Shown one piece after another: positions 27,351 through 32,000 of a DNA stretch of 32,000 bases. The position numbers and the translations under genes were made by a program. The notes under the pieces were generated by a model. The model did no database searches. It was not told the origin of the DNA and worked only from the letters and a program-made list of their open reading frames with translations. Source of the DNA: Acinetobacter wanghuae (GTDB taxonomy: Bacteria; Pseudomonadota; Gammaproteobacteria; Pseudomonadales; Moraxellaceae); contig NZ_CP045650.1 of NCBI RefSeq assembly GCF_009557235.1, positions 630,001 to 662,000 on the forward strand. Direction: 5' to 3'. Each line of letters starts with the position of its first letter. Position 1 is the first letter of the stretch.

Positions 27351-28580
27351 TTAGCCTTCCCATTTTTTGAAGATGAGACATGCATTCACGCCGCCGAAAC
27401 CGAAACTGTTACTCATGACAGTATTCAATTTTGCGTCACGTTTTTCAAGCACGATATCATAGCCTTTCGCGCCTTCATCCAGTTCGGTTACGTTAATATT
27501 TGGTGCGATGAAGTCATTTTGCATCATGAGAACAGAATAAATCGCTTCTTGAACTCCTGCAGCACCTAAGCTGTGACCAGTCATTGATTTGGTTGAGCTG
27601 AGTGGTGGAACTTGATCTTCACCAAATGCACGACCCATGGCTTTAAGTTCAGTAATGTCGCCCGCAGGGGTTGATGTACCATGTGTATTTACATAGTCAA
27701 TTTTGTCAACACCGTGTGCTTTTGCTTCTTCAAGTGCCATTAAGATACAACGTGTTGCACCTTCACCGCTTGGCGCAACCATATCTGCGCCATCAGAGTT
27801 CGCTGCATAAGCCACAACTTCAGCCAAAATATTCGCGCCACGTGCTTGAGCGTGTTCAAGTGATTCAAGTACGACAAAACCACCACCACCCGCAATCACG
27901 AAACCATCACGGTCAGCAGAGTATGGGCGAGACGCTGTTTCAGGGGTATCGTTGTATTTTGAGCACAATGCACCCATTGCATCAAAGAGTAGGCTTTGAG
28001 ACCAATGGTCTTCTTCACCACCACCGGCTAGCATTAGGTCTTGTTTGCCCAATTGAATCATGTTGTAAGCATAACCAATCGCGTCGGCAGAAGTTGCACA
28101 TGCACTGGTAATTGAATGTGCGATACCTTGAAGTTTGAGTGCGACACCTACGTTTGCAGTAATGGTGTTAGACATGTTGCGTGGTACAAAGAAAGGACCG
28201 ATTTTACGTGCGCCTTTTTCTTCAAGCAATTTCACCACTTCGGCAACAGAGGCTGTTGAATTACCGCCTGAACCACCGGCAATACCATAACGTGGGTTGC
28301 CACCGAGTTGTTCAACGGTTAAGCCTGCATTTTGAACCGCATCCATTGCAGCATTATAGGCATACATCGCACACACACCCATAAAGCGTTTAGCACGACG
28401 GTCAATTTTGTCAAAATCTTGAACTGCAGCAGCGCTGACATGACTCTTAAAGTTAAGCTCTTGGTACACTGGATTTAAACGTGTGCCTGAAATGCCATTT
28501 TGTAAAGAATGAGTCACATCTTCTAATGTATTACCAATACATGAGTGAATACCCATGCCAGTGATGACAACGCGTTTCAT
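27351..28580 (-). CDS. fabB: Beta-ketoacyl-ACP synthase I (FabB-type)
   Basis: It is collinear with E. coli FabB from memory: MKRVVITGMGI, SSACATS (Cys), YNDTPE.ASR.YD..RDGFVIAGGGG, HGTSTP, GHSLGAAGVQEAIYS, NSFGFGG. Confidence 0.85.
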   Translation of the reverse strand: MKRVVITGMGIHSCIGNTLEDVTHSLQNGISGTRLNPVYQELNFKSHVSAAAVQDFDKIDRRAKRFMGVCAMYAYNAAMDAVQNAGLTVEQLGGNPRYGIAGGSGGNSTASVAEVVKLLEEKGARKIGPFFVPRNMSNTITANVGVALKLQGIAHSITSACATSADAIGYAYNMIQLGKQDLMLAGGGEEDHWSQSLLFDAMGALCSKYNDTPETASRPYSADRDGFVIAGGGGFVVLESLEHAQARGANILAEVVAYAANSDGADMVAPSGEGATRCILMALEEAKAHGVDKIDYVNTHGTSTPAGDITELKAMGRAFGEDQVPPLSSTKSMTGHSLGAAGVQEAIYSVLMMQNDFIAPNINVTELDEGAKGYDIVLEKRDAKLNTVMSNSFGFGGVNACLIFKKWEG

Positions 28581-28855
28581 CTACAGATCCTTATAGTTTA
28601 TCTCTGTGGTCAGTGGAGATATTTATTGCTTATACAACAAATAAATATGGGGCTGACGCTCGTTTCACAATGAGAAACATCATAACAGAAAGAATTTTCA
28701 AATCTTATGGCAAATGTTATGCCACCTAGCGACTTATCCTTGTGCAAAGTGAAGAAGACAAGTCTTTACTAAATGCTACATAATGATGTTGAGTTAAACG
28801 TGGCTAGCACCTAGTATTTATACAAAATACAAGCATCTAAAGCGCGAGGTTATAA

Positions 28856-30352
28856 ATGGCGAACACCAATAATAAACAATCGAAGGGTTTGATTTCAGGT
28901 GCTTTTGGAGTGGCGAAAAAGTTCAGCACGACGGGTCTGGACTTGCTGAGTCACGTTGCACCAGACTCTGTGAGCAAAATTAATAGTGCGTTAAATGTCA
29001 ATGAAGCGATTGAAGGCGCTGCACAGACCAAGACTCCTTTTTCAGCAAAACAGTACAATGATCCACAACAAATGTTGAAAGAGCATCTGCCGAGTGTCAC
29101 ACGTCAACTTTTAGGTCGTCATTACAATAAAGTGAATAATGTGGCGCATTTTGTCTCACCTCAATTGAGTGACAAAATTTCAGACTATTTCTTTGATCAT
29201 CTCAATCAATTCAGTAACGACATGAGTTCTGTTGATGCAGTGTTAGATGAGGCAGGGGTGCGTGACTTAGAAGAGCTCACGAAAGATGTTGATCGTTCGC
29301 AGCGTATCGCACAGGCATTGGGTGAACAAAATAAATGGATTGCTTCCATTCAAGGTGCGGTGAGCGGTGCGACGGGTCTTGTCGGTACAGCAGTTGATAT
29401 TCCTGCTTCATTGATACTTGCGTTACGAACGATCTATCAAGTGGGACGATCATATGGTTTTGATTTGACCAAGCAGGAAGATCAAGACATCGTGCAGCAT
29501 ATTTTTAAACAAATTGATTTGGGCTTAATTGCGGAAAAACAAGCTTTGATTTTAGGGTTAAAGGCGCTCAGCAATACGGTTAAAACCCATGATATTTCAC
29601 AGTTGCAGTCACTTTTGGGGTCGAGTAATGATGCGGAATTATTAAAGAAATTCTTTGGTCGTGAAGATCTCCAAGAAAAATGGCAGTGGCTGAATAGCAT
29701 TCCTAAGATTTCGATCTTGGAACAATTGACCAAACTCACGCCAATTGCGAGTGCAGGCGTAGGTGTGGTCTATAGTCGTCGTTTTGTTGAAGATGTAAAC
29801 GCAAAAGCACAAGAGATTTTCTCGAATGCGCGTCAGTATGTGTTACAGCACGGTGATGATGGCATTTCTATATTAGCAGCTTACGAAAAATCGATCTCAT
29901 TACTTAAACAAGCAGCGCCTCAACTTTTAGAGACTTCTGAAAAAGCATCGGATCAGTCTGCTCCGAATGAAACTCATGAGCTCATTCTCGACCAAGATAT
30001 TCCAATGGCTGGCAATAGCAACATGAGTCAAGTCAAATTGGTGAAGAAGTCTGTCGCGGAAGTGAATGAAAATACTGATGCTGATGTTGAAAAAGAAAAA
30101 AGTGTCGGGAAAGGTTTAGATGCGCTTGCAGAAAAATTGGTTGAGCCTGTTGCAGATAAGCAAACTCAACAACCTGCACTTTCTGCCTCAACTGCAAGCG
30201 AAAGTTTTGACCTTGAAGATGAGGCTGAAATTCAAAATGAACAAGAACTAACTGATTCTGAAGCACAGGCTGATACTGAAAATGATCTTGATGGGTCTTC
30301 TTCTAAGAAAAGCTTAAATAAACAGGATCAAGATGTTACAAAAGATAAGTGA
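28856..30352 (+). CDS. EcsC-like family protein with a long acidic C-terminal tail (function unknown)
   Basis: The central segment GATGLVGTAVDIPASLILALRTIYQVGRSYGFDL resembles the EcsC (PF12787) core as I remember it. The last 130 aa or so are low-complexity and Asp/Glu/Gln-rich. GAGG lies 7 nt upstream of the ATG. Confidence 0.45.
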   Translation: MANTNNKQSKGLISGAFGVAKKFSTTGLDLLSHVAPDSVSKINSALNVNEAIEGAAQTKTPFSAKQYNDPQQMLKEHLPSVTRQLLGRHYNKVNNVAHFVSPQLSDKISDYFFDHLNQFSNDMSSVDAVLDEAGVRDLEELTKDVDRSQRIAQALGEQNKWIASIQGAVSGATGLVGTAVDIPASLILALRTIYQVGRSYGFDLTKQEDQDIVQHIFKQIDLGLIAEKQALILGLKALSNTVKTHDISQLQSLLGSSNDAELLKKFFGREDLQEKWQWLNSIPKISILEQLTKLTPIASAGVGVVYSRRFVEDVNAKAQEIFSNARQYVLQHGDDGISILAAYEKSISLLKQAAPQLLETSEKASDQSAPNETHELILDQDIPMAGNSNMSQVKLVKKSVAEVNENTDADVEKEKSVGKGLDALAEKLVEPVADKQTQQPALSASTASESFDLEDEAEIQNEQELTDSEAQADTENDLDGSSSKKSLNKQDQDVTKDK

Positions 30353-30372
30353 TAAAACTTGAACAATATGCT

Positions 30373-30394
30373 GACCTTGATTTGAATCAAGGTC
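30373..30394 (+). terminator. Hairpin downstream of the EcsC-like gene (possible terminator, weak T tract)
   Basis: Perfect 10-bp arms gaccttgatt/aatcaaggtc are separated by 2 nt. Confidence 0.4.
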
Positions 30395-30435
30395 TTAGGC
30401 TTCAGTATTAATGCGACTTCACGTGCCTGAGCATG

Positions 30436-30464
30436 TTGACCAATTTTACATCTTGACTTACAAT
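30436..30464 (+). promoter_or_regulatory. Sigma70-like promoter candidate for the str operon (TTGACC-17-TACAAT)
   Basis: The -35 is at 30436-30441, the spacer is 17 nt, and the -10 is at 30459-30464. It lies about 60 nt upstream of rpsL. Confidence 0.5.
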
Positions 30465-30523
30465 TGCATGCCCTCAAAAAGTAGTAGTTTTTTGGGGCTT
30501 TTTATTAACGGGAGAATTGCCAA

Positions 30524-30898
30524 ATGGCAACAACAAATCAGTTGATCCGCAAGGGTCGTACGACTTTAGTTGAAAAATCTAAAGTTCCTGCGTTGAAGGC
30601 TTGTCCACAACGTCGTGGTGTTTGTACACGTGTTTACACGACTACACCTAAAAAACCTAACTCTGCAATGCGTAAAGTTTGCCGTGTTCGCTTAACTTCA
30701 GGTTTTGAAGTGTCTAGCTACATCGGTGGTGAAGGCCATAACCTACAAGAGCACAGTGTTGTTCTTATCCGTGGTGGTCGTGTTAAAGATTTACCAGGTG
30801 TGCGTTACCATACCGTTCGTGGTTCTTTAGACTGCGCTGGTGTTAAAGATCGTAACCAGTCTCGTTCTAAATACGGTACTAAACGTCCTAAGAAATAA
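30524..30898 (+). CDS. rpsL: 30S ribosomal protein S12
   Basis: [12 protein letters not shown]...[17 protein letters not shown] is the canonical S12 sequence. Confidence 0.98.
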   Translation: MATTNQLIRKGRTTLVEKSKVPALKACPQRRGVCTRVYTTTPKKPNSAMRKVCRVRLTSGFEVSSYIGGEGHNLQEHSVVLIRGGRVKDLPGVRYHTVRGSLDCAGVKDRNQSRSKYGTKRPKK

Positions 30899-31016
30899 TT
30901 CGTTAAGAATTATTTTTAAGGTCTAGAACCGCAATCCTTTATCGTCTCGCTTGTCTGATTTCTGCATTTAATTTTGTGAAATTCAAGCGACGTGTAGTAA
31001 GGCCAGCTAAAGGTAC

Positions 31017-31057
31017 ATGACACTTTGTACTCATGCTGGATAAACCTGAAGTGTCAT
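31017..31057 (+). promoter_or_regulatory. Hairpin in the rpsL-rpsG spacer (candidate S7 translational operator)
   Basis: A perfect 9-bp stem pairs atgacactt (31017-31025) with aagtgtcat (31049-31057). It ends 18 nt before the rpsG ATG. Confidence 0.35.
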
Positions 31058-31075
31058 ATTTATAGGTAGTTTAAA

Positions 31076-31546
31076 ATGCCAAGACGTCGCGTAGTCGCTG
31101 CTCGTGAAATCCTTCCGGATCCTAAATTCAGTAGCCAAACAATCGCTAAATTCATGAACCACGTAATGCAAGATGGTAAAAAATCTATTGCTGAAAGTAT
31201 CGTTTACGGTGCTTTAGACCGCGTTCAAGAAAAATCTAAAGTAGACCCAGTTGAATTCTTCGAGACTACTCTTGAAAAAGTTCGTCCTATGGTCGAAGTT
31301 AAAGCACGCCGTGTTGGTGGTGCTACATACCAAGTACCTATGGAAGTACGCCCATCCCGTCGTACTGCCTTGGCTATGCGTTGGTTAGTAGATGCTGCTG
31401 CTAAGCGTTCTGAAAAAACTATGGCTTTACGTCTTGCTGGCGAGTTGCTTGATGCAGCTGAAGGTAAAGGCGCAGCGGTTAAAAAACGTGAAGATGTGCA
31501 CCGTATGGCTGAAGCCAACAAAGCCTTCTCTCACTACCGTTTCTAA
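31076..31546 (+). CDS. rpsG: 30S ribosomal protein S7
   Basis: [18 protein letters not shown]... is the canonical S7 sequence. Confidence 0.98.
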   Translation: MPRRRVVAAREILPDPKFSSQTIAKFMNHVMQDGKKSIAESIVYGALDRVQEKSKVDPVEFFETTLEKVRPMVEVKARRVGGATYQVPMEVRPSRRTALAMRWLVDAAAKRSEKTMALRLAGELLDAAEGKGAAVKKREDVHRMAEANKAFSHYRF

Positions 31547-31551
31547 GCAAA

Positions 31552-32000
<449 letters not shown>

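Overview
Mostly core housekeeping chromosome from an AT-rich gammaproteobacterium. Protein sequences and synteny (gntR-smc-zipA-ligA, birA-coaX, scpA-scpB-rluB, yceD-rpmF-fabD-fabG-acpP, rpsL-rpsG-fusA) suggest Acinetobacter/Moraxellaceae; that assignment is inference only. The one clearly accessory stretch is the left 3.3 kb. It holds an operon of at least four prepilin-type (type IV minor-pilin-like) genes running off the window edge. About 330 bp upstream of it sits a ~0.9 kb IS5-family insertion sequence whose transposase is split across two frames at an A7 run. I found no rRNA, tRNA, CRISPR array, prophage or recognisable defence or toxin-antitoxin module. I cannot point to a clearly novel multi-gene system. 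The best second-look candidates are listed here. (1) The compact pilin operon and its relationship to the IS. (2) A ~440 bp gene-free region (21893-22334) with a dense cluster of GATC-centred palindromes and a 10-bp perfect inverted repeat. (3) A near-consensus promoter followed by an intrinsic terminator that abuts the ligA start. (4) A nested-palindrome structure in an apparently long rpsG-fusA spacer. (5) A stand-alone 498-aa EcsC-like protein with an acidic tail. (6) A fab cluster without plsX, fabH or fabF, with a FabB-type synthase paired with hemJ instead. All functional calls come from by-eye recognition of motifs and remembered homologues; no searches were run.
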